This document shows positions 9,640-19,207 of a stretch of 64,000 nt of DNA, piece after piece. The number at the start of each line of letters is the position of its first letter. Position 1 is the stretch's first letter. The stretch comes from Bryobacterales bacterium (lineage in GTDB: Bacteria; Acidobacteriota; Terriglobia; Bryobacterales; UBA6623), in assembly GCA_963422375.2 (NCBI GenBank), contig OY729428.2, forward strand, positions 2,624,001-2,688,000, written 5' to 3'. Position numbers and translations under genes: made by a program. The notes under the pieces were generated by a model, which saw only the letters and a program-made list of their open reading frames with translations, was not told where the DNA came from and ran no database searches.

Positions 9640-10518
9640 ATGAAGACACTGCAAGACTTCCGGCCCTCCCGCGAATTCTTCGTCGGCCTCGATTCCGACG
9701 GCTGCGTGTTCGACTCGATGGAGATCAAGCACAAGGAGTGCTTCGCGCCGATGTTCATCAAGCATTGGCGGCTCCAAGCGGCTTCCAAGTACGCCCGGCG
9801 TGCCTGGGAGTTCGCGAACCTCTACTCCAAGACGCGAGGCATGAACCGGTTCCCGGTCTGCGCCCGCACGCTGCGCCTCGTCACGGAATGGCCCGAAGCG
9901 GCGGCCCGCGGCATCCAGGTGCCCGACCTAGCCCCTCTGCAGGCCTTTATCGATTCGAGCTTCCCTCCGAGCAACGCGGGCTTGGAGGACTACCGCATGC
10001 AGTTACCGCACCGCGTTCTCGACCTGACCATGGAGTGGAGCCTCGCGGTCAACGCGGCGGTGAAGGACATCGTATTCGGCGTGCCGCCATTCCCCAAGGT
10101 GCGCGCGACCCTGGACCGGATCGTGGCGAGCGCCGATCTCGCCGTCGTGTCCGGCACGCCCGGCGAAGCCTTGCAGCGGGAGTGGGACGAGAACGGAATC
10201 GAACACTACCCCCAGCTCATCGCGGGCCAGGAACTCGGCAAGAAGACGCGGCACCTGAGCGCGATGGCCGGGGGCGGCCGGTACGGCGCCGACAGGAAGC
10301 TCATGATCGGGGACGCCCCCGGCGACCGGAAGGCGGCCGAGGCAACGGGCTGCCTCTTTTTCCCAGTCAACCCGGGCCGCGAGGAAGAGTCCTGGGAACG
10401 GCTTTGCGACGAGTCGCTCGGACGGTTCTTCGCCGGGACCTACGCGGGAGCGTACCAAGCCGACCGCATCGCGGAATTCGAAGCCCTGCTGCCGCAGCGC
10501 CCGCCGTGGGCCTCCTGA
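9640..10518 (+). CDS. HAD-superfamily hydrolase
   Basis: Motif I VGLDSDGCVFD, motif II VVSGT, motif IV LMIGDAPGD; directly downstream of gnd. Confidence 0.85.
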   Translation: MKTLQDFRPSREFFVGLDSDGCVFDSMEIKHKECFAPMFIKHWRLQAASKYARRAWEFANLYSKTRGMNRFPVCARTLRLVTEWPEAAARGIQVPDLAPLQAFIDSSFPPSNAGLEDYRMQLPHRVLDLTMEWSLAVNAAVKDIVFGVPPFPKVRATLDRIVASADLAVVSGTPGEALQREWDENGIEHYPQLIAGQELGKKTRHLSAMAGGGRYGADRKLMIGDAPGDRKAAEATGCLFFPVNPGREEESWERLCDESLGRFFAGTYAGAYQADRIAEFEALLPQRPPWAS

Positions 10519-10672
10519 CGGCACGGGCAAGCCGGCCGCGAGACGAAGTCGCAGGGAGACCAAGCGCTGGCGCTCGACGGCGTCGGCCCGACCAGCCGCC
10601 CAAGCCGACCCCGTCGAGCGACCGAACCGATCCGGGCCCGCGGGCGTCACCTATGATGCGGAAGTGCCGGCG

Positions 10673-13351
10673 ATGCACCTGACCCGTCGATTCGTACTCG
10701 CACTGGCCGGCGCCATCGGCCTGGGAGCCGTGCCGGATGCCCGCGCGCAGGAGCCCGCCGAGCAGCCGGCGGAAGCACCGCCGGCGGCGGACGCGGCACG
10801 ACCGGCCGATTCCGCCGGAAGCCCGGCATCCGACCAGCGCACCAGTCTCAACCTCCTCGGCCAGGAGGACACGAGCTCGGGCGAGGCGCGCCGCAACGAG
10901 AACGTGCAGCTCAACTTGGTCGACACCAACACGCTGCAGGAACTCAACATCCGCCTCGGGGCGACCGCGACGATCGTCACGGACTTCCAGCCCGACCGCG
11001 ACTACTACGGCGCCGAGTACGGGCGTCGCGCGCCGCCGACTCTGCACCTGCCGCCGGCTCGCGGCCAGGACCTCCACGGCAACGTCTCGTGGACACACGG
11101 GAACAGCGCATTCTCGGCGCGCTCCTTCTTCCAAGTCGGCGACGTGCAGCCGGCCAACGAGAACCGCTACGGCTTCCGCTTGACCGGCCCGGCGGGATCC
11201 GGCACCCGCTTCACGGTCAACGCGACCCAGCAGAAGATCCGCGGGCAGGTGAACGGCAACGTCCTCGTGCCGCTTCCCGGAGAGCGCACCCCGCTGCTGG
11301 TCGACCCCTCTAGCGGAGAGCGCGTCGACGACGAAACTCGCGCCCTCGTGGAGCAGCTGCTGGAAGCGTACCCGGTCGCATTGCCGAACCGCACCGACAT
11401 CGCCCCGAGGGCCCTCAACACCAATGCGCCGCAGCGGGTCGACACCGACTCCGCCAATCTGCGCCTCGACCATGACCTGGCCGACCGGGGCAAGATCGGC
11501 CTAGGATACGTCTTCACGTCGCAGAGCGTGGACGCATTCCAGCTGGTCCGCGGGTCCAACCCCGATACCGAGATCAAGAGCCACCGCCCGCGAGCGACCT
11601 GGACCAGGGCCTGGTCGCCGCGGACCGTCACCAGCCTGTCGGCGGGCTTCAATCGCGTCGGATCGCTGCTGATCCCGGAGCCCAACAACTTCGGCCCGAC
11701 GGTCAGCGTCGCGAGGGCGATTGCCGGCCAGGGCCCCTCTCCGCTCGTCCCCGTGGACCGGGCCCTGAACACGTGGCGGACCGCCGGCCAGGTATCGCGG
11801 ACGTTCGGCAGGCACAGCCTCAAGGTTGGCTTCCACCTAGCGCGAATCCAGCTCAACGGCGTCGAGCAGCAGGCGATCCGGGGCACCGTCCAGTTCTCGA
11901 ACAACTTCGGCAACGACGCGATCACCAACTTCCGGCTGGGCAAGCCGGCCAGGCTGATGAAGACCGTCGGCAGCTTCCACCGCGGCTTCCGCCAGTGGAC
12001 GCACCAGGCATACCTGGCCGACACGTGGAAGGCGCTGCCCGACCTGACGCTCAGCTTCGGCCTGCGCTACGAGACCGTGACACCGCCGCTCGAGGTGAAT
12101 GAGTTCGAGACGTTGCCGTACTCCTGCGACTGCAACAACTTCGCGCCGCGCTTCGGGTTCGCCTACCGGCTGGGCGACTCGCTGGGCACCCTGCGCGGTG
12201 CGTACGGCGTCTCCTACGGGGAGATTTACCCGGTGACCTACAGCCAGTACCGCATCAACGCCCCGAACGTGGTGCGGCTCGTTGTCCTGCGGCCGCGGCT
12301 GGCGGATATCATCAGCGGGGCGGCCTTCGCCAACGTCACGCCAGGATCCCGCTCGACGCTGTTTGACATCGCCGACAACCTCGTCGAGCCGTACAGCCAC
12401 CAGTACAGCCTGAGCTGGGAATTCGGGCTGTCGCGGACGATGAACGTTCAGCTCGGCTACGTCGGCAGCCGCACGCACAAGGTCTTCCAAGCCTGGTTCC
12501 TCAACCGCGGCGAGCGCCCGGACGGCGTGCCGGTCACCGTGCGCACCACCAACCAGCGGCGCGCGGACGGACGCTACAACGACGTGCTGCGCCTGCACAA
12601 CGCCTCGCGCGCCTACTTCGACGCCGGCCGCGTCGCATTCGTAATGCGCGATCTCAAGGGCTTCACCGTGGACGCCGCCTACTGGTTGAGCAAGTCGATC
12701 GACCTCGGAAGCGACTACACCAACACGATGAACGGAGGCGACGCCCGCCGGGCGGTCAGCCAGACGGCGTACAACATTCACGCCGACGTCAAGTCGCTGA
12801 GCTTCTTCGACCAGCCGCACTCGATGCTGTTGCGGGCGGTGTACGAGACGCCCGAGGGATCGGGCCTGGCGGGCCGGCTCCTCGGCGGCTGGCAGCTCTC
12901 CACGGTGACCCTGCTCAAGACCGGCACCCCGTTCACCGTGCAAGCCGGGTCGGACGGCCCGGGGTTCGGGAACGCGGACGGCGCGTCGGGAGACCGGCCG
13001 CACGTCCTCGACCCGTCGATCCTAGGCAGGACGATCGGCAACCCCGACACGTCGCGCCAGCGCCTGCCGCGCGACGCCTTCGCCTACCAGCGGATCGGCG
13101 ACCTCGCCGGGTCGCTCGGGCTGCGGACGTTCCGCCGCGGCAAGATCGCCAATGTCAACGCGAGCCTCTCGCGAAACTGGGCCCTCGGCTCGGACAGCAA
13201 GCTGACCTTCCGCGCCGAGTCGGTCAACTTCTTCAACACGCCGCAATTCGCCGACCCCAACGTCGGCCTGACCTCGCCCGCTTTCGGGCGCATTACCAAC
13301 ACGCTCAACGACGGCCGCACGTTCCGGTTCACCCTAGCACTCGATTTCTGA
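10673..13351 (+). CDS. TonB-dependent receptor-like (Oar-type) outer-membrane beta-barrel protein
   Basis: Signal peptide; YLADTWK..LTLSFGLRYE, NNFAPRFGFAY, LTFRAESVNFFNTPQF..P, FGRIT; C-terminal Phe. Confidence 0.82.
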   Translation: MHLTRRFVLALAGAIGLGAVPDARAQEPAEQPAEAPPAADAARPADSAGSPASDQRTSLNLLGQEDTSSGEARRNENVQLNLVDTNTLQELNIRLGATATIVTDFQPDRDYYGAEYGRRAPPTLHLPPARGQDLHGNVSWTHGNSAFSARSFFQVGDVQPANENRYGFRLTGPAGSGTRFTVNATQQKIRGQVNGNVLVPLPGERTPLLVDPSSGERVDDETRALVEQLLEAYPVALPNRTDIAPRALNTNAPQRVDTDSANLRLDHDLADRGKIGLGYVFTSQSVDAFQLVRGSNPDTEIKSHRPRATWTRAWSPRTVTSLSAGFNRVGSLLIPEPNNFGPTVSVARAIAGQGPSPLVPVDRALNTWRTAGQVSRTFGRHSLKVGFHLARIQLNGVEQQAIRGTVQFSNNFGNDAITNFRLGKPARLMKTVGSFHRGFRQWTHQAYLADTWKALPDLTLSFGLRYETVTPPLEVNEFETLPYSCDCNNFAPRFGFAYRLGDSLGTLRGAYGVSYGEIYPVTYSQYRINAPNVVRLVVLRPRLADIISGAAFANVTPGSRSTLFDIADNLVEPYSHQYSLSWEFGLSRTMNVQLGYVGSRTHKVFQAWFLNRGERPDGVPVTVRTTNQRRADGRYNDVLRLHNASRAYFDAGRVAFVMRDLKGFTVDAAYWLSKSIDLGSDYTNTMNGGDARRAVSQTAYNIHADVKSLSFFDQPHSMLLRAVYETPEGSGLAGRLLGGWQLSTVTLLKTGTPFTVQAGSDGPGFGNADGASGDRPHVLDPSILGRTIGNPDTSRQRLPRDAFAYQRIGDLAGSLGLRTFRRGKIANVNASLSRNWALGSDSKLTFRAESVNFFNTPQFADPNVGLTSPAFGRITNTLNDGRTFRFTLALDF

Positions 13352-13418
13352 GACGAGGCCGGCGGACCCGGCGCTCCGGACGGTACGCGAGCCGACGCCC
13401 CGGCCTATACTTGCGGCC

Positions 13419-15914
13419 ATGGCTGCTCCGACACGGCCGATCATCCTCTCCCTGCTTGCAGCGCTGGCGTGGTTCGCGATCCGCCCGACGGCCGGGCCGC
13501 CCATGTCGGCCGCCGACAGCAGCGCCCACGCCTGGGGCGCGAGCGATCCGTCTTGGTCGCCGGACGGCGAGCGGCTGGCGTTCTCGCTGTTCGGAAGCAT
13601 CTGGACCGTCCCGGCCGACGGCGGCGGAGCGGACCAGCTCACCGCCTCGGAGGGCTTCCACGAGCACGCTGCCTGGGCGCCGGACGGGAAGTCCGTGGCC
13701 TTCGTGACCGGCCGGAATCCGTTCGGCCGCTTCGCCAAGATTCGCGGTCGCCTTGCCGTGGCCGATGTCGAGACCAAGCGCGAGCACACGCTTACCCTGC
13801 CTCACCCGACCGCCGGGACTCCCGACTGGTCCCCCGACGGCGCGGCAATCTACTGCGCTCTCGCAGTGCCCGGCGCCGGGGCCCTGCTGCACGCCATCGA
13901 TCCGCGAACCGGCCAGTCCACGGCCCTGCACGGCAGGCCGCAGAGAGGCCCGGCCGGCCCCTGGGCCGAGGCGTCAAGCGCGTCCGGAGCGGTGATCTTC
14001 GCCGCGCAGCGGGCCGGCACGCCCCAGGCGTGGTCCCTGCCGACCAAGTCGGAGGGCCTCGCTATCCACCTGCCGCTCACGCGGTACCGTCCCGAGCACA
14101 TCGTAATGCTCGACGGCGTGAGCGCGCTCGCGGACGGCAGCGCGATCCTCGCTGCGGACGTGATCAACGGTCGGGGCAACTTCGAGCTGTACCGGGTCCC
14201 CGGCACGGGAGGCGAGCCCGAAGCGATTACCGATACTCCCCGGCACGAGCTCTCGCCGGACGTGTCTCCGGACGGCCGCCGGATTGCCTTCGCCTCGAAC
14301 CGGCTCGGCAACATGGACCTGTTCACCCTCCCGCTCGAGGGCGGCGAGGCGCGCCACGTCCGGATCGATTCCCTGCGCTTCCGCCGCCCCTCGGGCAAGG
14401 CCCGCGTCACGATCCTGGACGAGCTCGGGCAGCCCGCCGCGGCGCGGCTGTACGTGGAGGCGTCCGACGGCAAGGGCTACGCGCCGCGCGGCGAACCGAT
14501 CTTCTACTACCCGCTGGCGCCCGGAGCGAGCCGGGATTCTGCGGGCAAGCGAGACGCCTTCTTTGTCGCGACCGGAACGTCGGAGTTCGACGTGCCGGCC
14601 CGCGACCTCGCGCTGACCGCCGTGCGCGGGTTCGAGTACCGCCTGAGCCAGGCCAGCGCGACGGTCAGGGCGGGCGAGACCGCGGAGATCACCCTGCGAC
14701 TGGAGCGCTGGACCAACTGGAACCAGCGCGGCTGGTACTCGGGGGAAAACCACTTCCACGCGAACTATCTCGGGAGCTACTACCAGCGCCCGCAGCATTC
14801 GCTCGCGTGGATGAAGGCGATGGATCTGAACGCCGCCAACATGATCGTGGCCAACGCCCAAGGGGTGTTCGTGCATGACAAGGAGTTCTTCACAGGGGAG
14901 CTCAGCCCGCTCTCGACCGGCAGGCACTTCCTGTACTGGGGACAGGAGTACCGCAACAGCAACCCGCTGGGCCACATGGGCTTCCTCAACATCAAGCGGC
15001 TCGTGCCGCCCTCGTACACGAGCGTGCATGGCAGCGACTCACCGTACGACTTCCCCCTCAACACGACGGCCGCGCTCGAGGCGAAGCGCCAGGGCGGCCT
15101 CGTTACGTACATGCATCCGATCAGCGGGACGCTGCGGGACGTCTTCGACACCAATCTGGGTGCCAAGGAGGTTGCCGTGACAGCGGCGCTCGGCGCTCTC
15201 GACACGCTGGACATCCTTCCGTACGGCGAAAGTGCGTACGGCTTGTGGTACACGCTGCTGAATTGCGGCTTCCGCATATCCGCAGGAGCGGGCACGGACA
15301 CGTTTACGAACCGGCGCGGGATCAACCGGATCCCTGGCGGCAGCCGCCAGTACGTCCACGTCGGGAGCGAGATGAGCTGGGAGCGCTGGATCAAGCGCTA
15401 CCGAGAGGGCCGCTCGTTCGCGACGACCGGGCCGCTGCTGGCCTTCGATGTCAACGGCAGCGGCGTCGGCGAGGAAATCAAGTTTGTCCCGGGGACGACC
15501 TACCGTGCGACTTTGCGAGCCGAAGTGATGTCGCGCACGCCCCTCGAGCGCATCGAGATCCTGCGCAACGGACGGGTCATCGCGACCGCGGACGCGAACT
15601 CCGCGCTCCGCTTCCGGCTGGAGGAAGAGGCCATGGTCACCGAGTCCAGCTGGTTCGCCGCACGGGTGTACGGGCCTCGGGCCCCCGGCCTGACCACCCA
15701 GGCGCTCGCCCATTCCAGCCCGGTTTACGTCACGGCCGACGGGCGCCCAGTGCTAGTCCGCGACGATCTGAACGTGGCGGTGCGCTGGGTCGACAGGCTC
15801 TGGGTCGACCTGCTCGAGCGCGACAACCTCGGCTCGGACGACAACCGCCGCGCGGCGCGGGAGATGGTCAACAGGGCGCGGCAGCACTTCCAGGACAAGT
15901 TGCGACAGATCTAG
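13419..15914 (+). CDS. Secreted PD40/TolB-repeat plus CehA/McbA-like (PHP-fold) metallohydrolase
   Basis: Repeats PSWSPDGERLAF, WAPDGKSVAF, PDWSPDG, PDVSPDGRRIAF; GWYSGENHFH, GQEYR..LGHM, YMHP, AGTD, GRSFATTGP, AHSSPVYV. Confidence 0.82.
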   Translation: MAAPTRPIILSLLAALAWFAIRPTAGPPMSAADSSAHAWGASDPSWSPDGERLAFSLFGSIWTVPADGGGADQLTASEGFHEHAAWAPDGKSVAFVTGRNPFGRFAKIRGRLAVADVETKREHTLTLPHPTAGTPDWSPDGAAIYCALAVPGAGALLHAIDPRTGQSTALHGRPQRGPAGPWAEASSASGAVIFAAQRAGTPQAWSLPTKSEGLAIHLPLTRYRPEHIVMLDGVSALADGSAILAADVINGRGNFELYRVPGTGGEPEAITDTPRHELSPDVSPDGRRIAFASNRLGNMDLFTLPLEGGEARHVRIDSLRFRRPSGKARVTILDELGQPAAARLYVEASDGKGYAPRGEPIFYYPLAPGASRDSAGKRDAFFVATGTSEFDVPARDLALTAVRGFEYRLSQASATVRAGETAEITLRLERWTNWNQRGWYSGENHFHANYLGSYYQRPQHSLAWMKAMDLNAANMIVANAQGVFVHDKEFFTGELSPLSTGRHFLYWGQEYRNSNPLGHMGFLNIKRLVPPSYTSVHGSDSPYDFPLNTTAALEAKRQGGLVTYMHPISGTLRDVFDTNLGAKEVAVTAALGALDTLDILPYGESAYGLWYTLLNCGFRISAGAGTDTFTNRRGINRIPGGSRQYVHVGSEMSWERWIKRYREGRSFATTGPLLAFDVNGSGVGEEIKFVPGTTYRATLRAEVMSRTPLERIEILRNGRVIATADANSALRFRLEEEAMVTESSWFAARVYGPRAPGLTTQALAHSSPVYVTADGRPVLVRDDLNVAVRWVDRLWVDLLERDNLGSDDNRRAAREMVNRARQHFQDKLRQI

Positions 15915-17264
15915 CCGTGCCAGAAACGGGATCCCAAGGCCTCTTCTCGCCAGAGCACTGACGGATCTTCCGCCCGCGGACGCGAGCGCAGCTAGACAGG
16001 CACGATGCGGCCTCCTCGACCGCCACCGCTTCGACCCCAATCCGGCGCGTCTGGCCGGAACTGTTGCTCCGGCGTATCGAGACTGGCCGCGAAAGCCTAG
16101 GTCGGGCGTCACAGCGGTGGCGGAACTAGCGATCTGTCTTCGGCGCGGCCGGCCTCACCGGCTCCTGCATCTGCCGGTACCGCCGGTACCTCTCGAGAAA
16201 GCTCCCCTCCTGCAGTCGCCGTGGCGCAGACGAGTCGAGCTCTCCGCGGATTCCGCGAGGGCGCCTGCCCGAATCGAGCCCTGCGGGCCCCGTCATTGGG
16301 ACGTCAGTCGGCGACGCGGCCGTCATGGGCTCGGGCAAGGACGGCTCGACCGCAGGCAGACTGATCTGGAGGGCGCGATGCTCATTCGGCCGTTGAGCTG
16401 TCCTTGGACTCCTCATCCGGGGATTCTCTCTCGATCGACGCTTCAATCTCATCGATGACATCGCAGACATAGGAATCCGAATCGGTTGCCACGTCCAAGA
16501 CCCGCTCTTGGAACAGGTCCAAGACAGCCATTTCGGAATCCGACGGTGCAATCACCTCCTTGAACATGTTACCGGCTTCCCTGGGGTCGATGATGAACCC
16601 GTGAGACGGGTAGCTCTCGATCAATCGGTCCAATACTGTCTCGCTGTCGGGGGACAAGTTGACCGGATTCAGCCGCCACGCATAGAAGAGGGCGATTCGG
16701 CGGCTTCTCTCGGCCTCCGCAAGGCGATAGGGGTCGATCTGACTCGCGATCGGCTGGAACAGGCCCGACACAATCGAGGCGGCGATTTCGCAAGCGGTCT
16801 TGGTCGAGACGGCACCGCCGCTGCGCCCCACGAGGGTCGTCATATAGTCCTCGAATGCACTGAAGGCCGAAATCTGGAGTAATTGCAGAGAACCCAATGT
16901 GTCTAGGCTTGACATCCTCACCGCGATCTCGTCGGGCTTGGCAAGTTGGACGTCCAACGGACCGAGCTCGCCGAATGGCCCCATAGCCAGCTCCCCGGCG
17001 CCAACGGCTGCCAAGGTACCCGCGCTCTTGCACGGTCCGAGCACCACGATGCGGAAACCGCCGTAGGAGTCCTGGAGCCACCTAGCCATTCGATACGCCT
17101 CGTCCGGGTCGCCCCCTGCCGTCGTCAGGACCAAGGACGCCGCGCTGCGGCCTCGCTCCGAGCAGCGGGGACATGAACCTGGTGACGTTCGCCCTGCTAA
17201 TGTCGCCGTTGAAGAAGTACAGGTCGCGACTCTGGCTTTCAAGAGCGTCGCGGGCCTTCTCAAG

Positions 17265-18780
17265 GGGAATTATATATCTGAGTGCCGACAACGCCATGTC
17301 CGACGAGAACTGCTCTGAGCAGGGAGGTCGGCGTCTGGCTCGGGTCATTCGAATGCGGCCGCGGTAGGCACAGCAAGGTGGGATCGTATCTGAATCGAAC
17401 CTGCCAGCGGAATGGACGAGGCACGGATAAGAGAGGCCCCCTCGCATGCCCCGGTGGAATCCGGTTGGCGGTGGAGGGCACCCCTTGCAAGCCGCTTGCG
17501 TGCCCTGCGAGGGCCGAAGACAGCGGATCCCCGGCGCTCGACGGCCTGCATGGACGGTCCGGGCCGGACTGGGGTCGCACCGGGGCATTCCGGATCCGGT
17601 GCGCCCCTCGTACCGAGCGTGCAGCGCACCGAGCGTGAAGAGCGCGCCCGCAGCGGGCTGCGGCGCTCAGCGCGGAGGGCGCCGCTCAGGCCGCGACTGC
17701 GGCCTTGCCGGTCAGCTGTCGGTAGGTCAGCGTCCGGCCGACCAGGCCCCGCGCCATGCGCCGCATCCGTTCCGCCGTGTCGCAGTCGCGGTCGTTGCAC
17801 CGTCCCGCGAACTCCGTCAGGTAGCGGCCGAGATGACGGACGCTCATCCGGTGATAGGTTCCGTACAGGCCGCGCTTGAACAGGGACCGGAACGACTCGA
17901 TGCCGTTCGTATGCGCCGCCCCGCGCACGTACTCGCCGCGGGAGTGCTTGACGGCTTCGTGCGGGAACTCCTCCATGCCGGCGTAGGCCGCCGCCTCGTC
18001 GGAGCGGACCTGTGCCCCCGGCGCGACGCGGGCGCGCACGAAGCCCTGCAGATCGCCCTTGGCGGTGCCCGGCAGCGGCCGCGCGGCCACTGCGTTCGTG
18101 GCGCGGTCCCGCGCCCCCGCCACCGGGGTCTTGCCGACGGGCCCGCGCCCGGCGCGGGCCTTCTTCCTCTCGTGCTTGTTGCGTTCCTTGCCGCCGACGT
18201 AGGTCTCGTCCACCTCCACCGGGCCGGCGAACAGGCCCTGATCGCGCTCCCGGCACGCGCGGATGCGGTGCGCCAGGTGCCGGGCCGACTTCCGGCTGAT
18301 GCCCAGGTCGCGGTGCAGCTTCATACTTGAGACGCCCTTGATGCCGGTGGTCAGCAGGAACAGGGCGACGGCCCGGGTGCGGTAGCCGAGCTTGGTGTCG
18401 GCCATCACGCTGCCGGTGCGCACGGAAAAGCGCTTGCCGCAGCCGCGGCAACGGTACGGCATCGAAGGGTGGGCCGTGCCGGACTGCACGCTGGAGCCGC
18501 GGCAGTGGGGGCATACCGGACCGTTGGGCCAGCGCATGGAGGCGAACCACTTTTCCGCGGATTCTTCACCGCGGAACATGGCGATCACTTCAATCAGAGT
18601 GATGCCTTTACGAAACCACTTCCCGGGACCTTTCTGCTTCATAGACGACCTCATATATTGGAACTATTCTATCAAAATACTCCACCGAAAGTCAACAGAT
18701 ATCCGGAAGAAATATGAAATTAATTTATGGACTGATAATTTGCAAAATCGGTTGCCTCGGCACTCAGATATATAATTCCC
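17265..18780 (-). mobile_element. IS1595-family element (1516 bp)
   Basis: Perfect 24-bp inverted repeats gggaattatatatctgagtgccga; 8-bp target duplication TTCTCAAG at 17257-17264 and 18781-18788. Confidence 0.95.
17686..18642 (-). CDS. IS1595-family transposase (open frame)
   Basis: Zn ribbon CPHC...YRCRGC; SSMKLHRDLGIS HTH; VEVDETYVGG, RSDE, HTNGIESF, YLTEF. Start 18642 or 18654. Confidence 0.93.
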   Translation of the reverse strand: MKQKGPGKWFRKGITLIEVIAMFRGEESAEKWFASMRWPNGPVCPHCRGSSVQSGTAHPSMPYRCRGCGKRFSVRTGSVMADTKLGYRTRAVALFLLTTGIKGVSSMKLHRDLGISRKSARHLAHRIRACRERDQGLFAGPVEVDETYVGGKERNKHERKKARAGRGPVGKTPVAGARDRATNAVAARPLPGTAKGDLQGFVRARVAPGAQVRSDEAAAYAGMEEFPHEAVKHSRGEYVRGAAHTNGIESFRSLFKRGLYGTYHRMSVRHLGRYLTEFAGRCNDRDCDTAERMRRMARGLVGRTLTYRQLTGKAAVAA

Positions 18781-19207
18781 TTCTCAAGCAGCTCCGTGCC
18801 TTCCATGCGCGTAAGGGTGCGGAGGGCCCTGCGACCCTCGAATCTCAGTATTCCATGAACAGTTCCTGACCTCGCGCCAGCGGCTACGAAGGTCCGCGCT
18901 CTACAGACTCCGGATTGCGCTTGGCACTCCAAGCGGGCGGCGCTCTAGGAGCGCATCGGGTGGTGCGCAGACCGACTCCACCTGTCGGGGATGGGCGCGA
19001 AACATCACCGGAAGGAACCATCCGGGCACCGGCCTCACTAGCGGGCGCGATTCACCGCCGCCGCGGGTGGCCGCGTTCCACCCGCCGGGACGACGCCGAC
19101 CGCCTGCTGACGAGCAGTCCGTCTCCCCCGGGGGATGCAGCCCGGTCCCGGGCGGACCTGCCGCTTCGTCGCCGCCGTTGCCTCGGGCGAGGCACCCCGG
19201 GGCGCGC

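Larger units (their letters stand above)
16382..18806 (-). pseudogene. SDH/ClpP-fold serine proteinase (S49-like), interrupted by IS1595 and frameshifted
   Basis: Removing the IS gives MEGTELLEK|ARDALESQSRDLYFFNGDI; after a frameshift near 17165 it continues LVLTTAGGDPDEAY, CKSAGTL, GELGPLDVQ, YPSHGFII. Confidence 0.8.
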
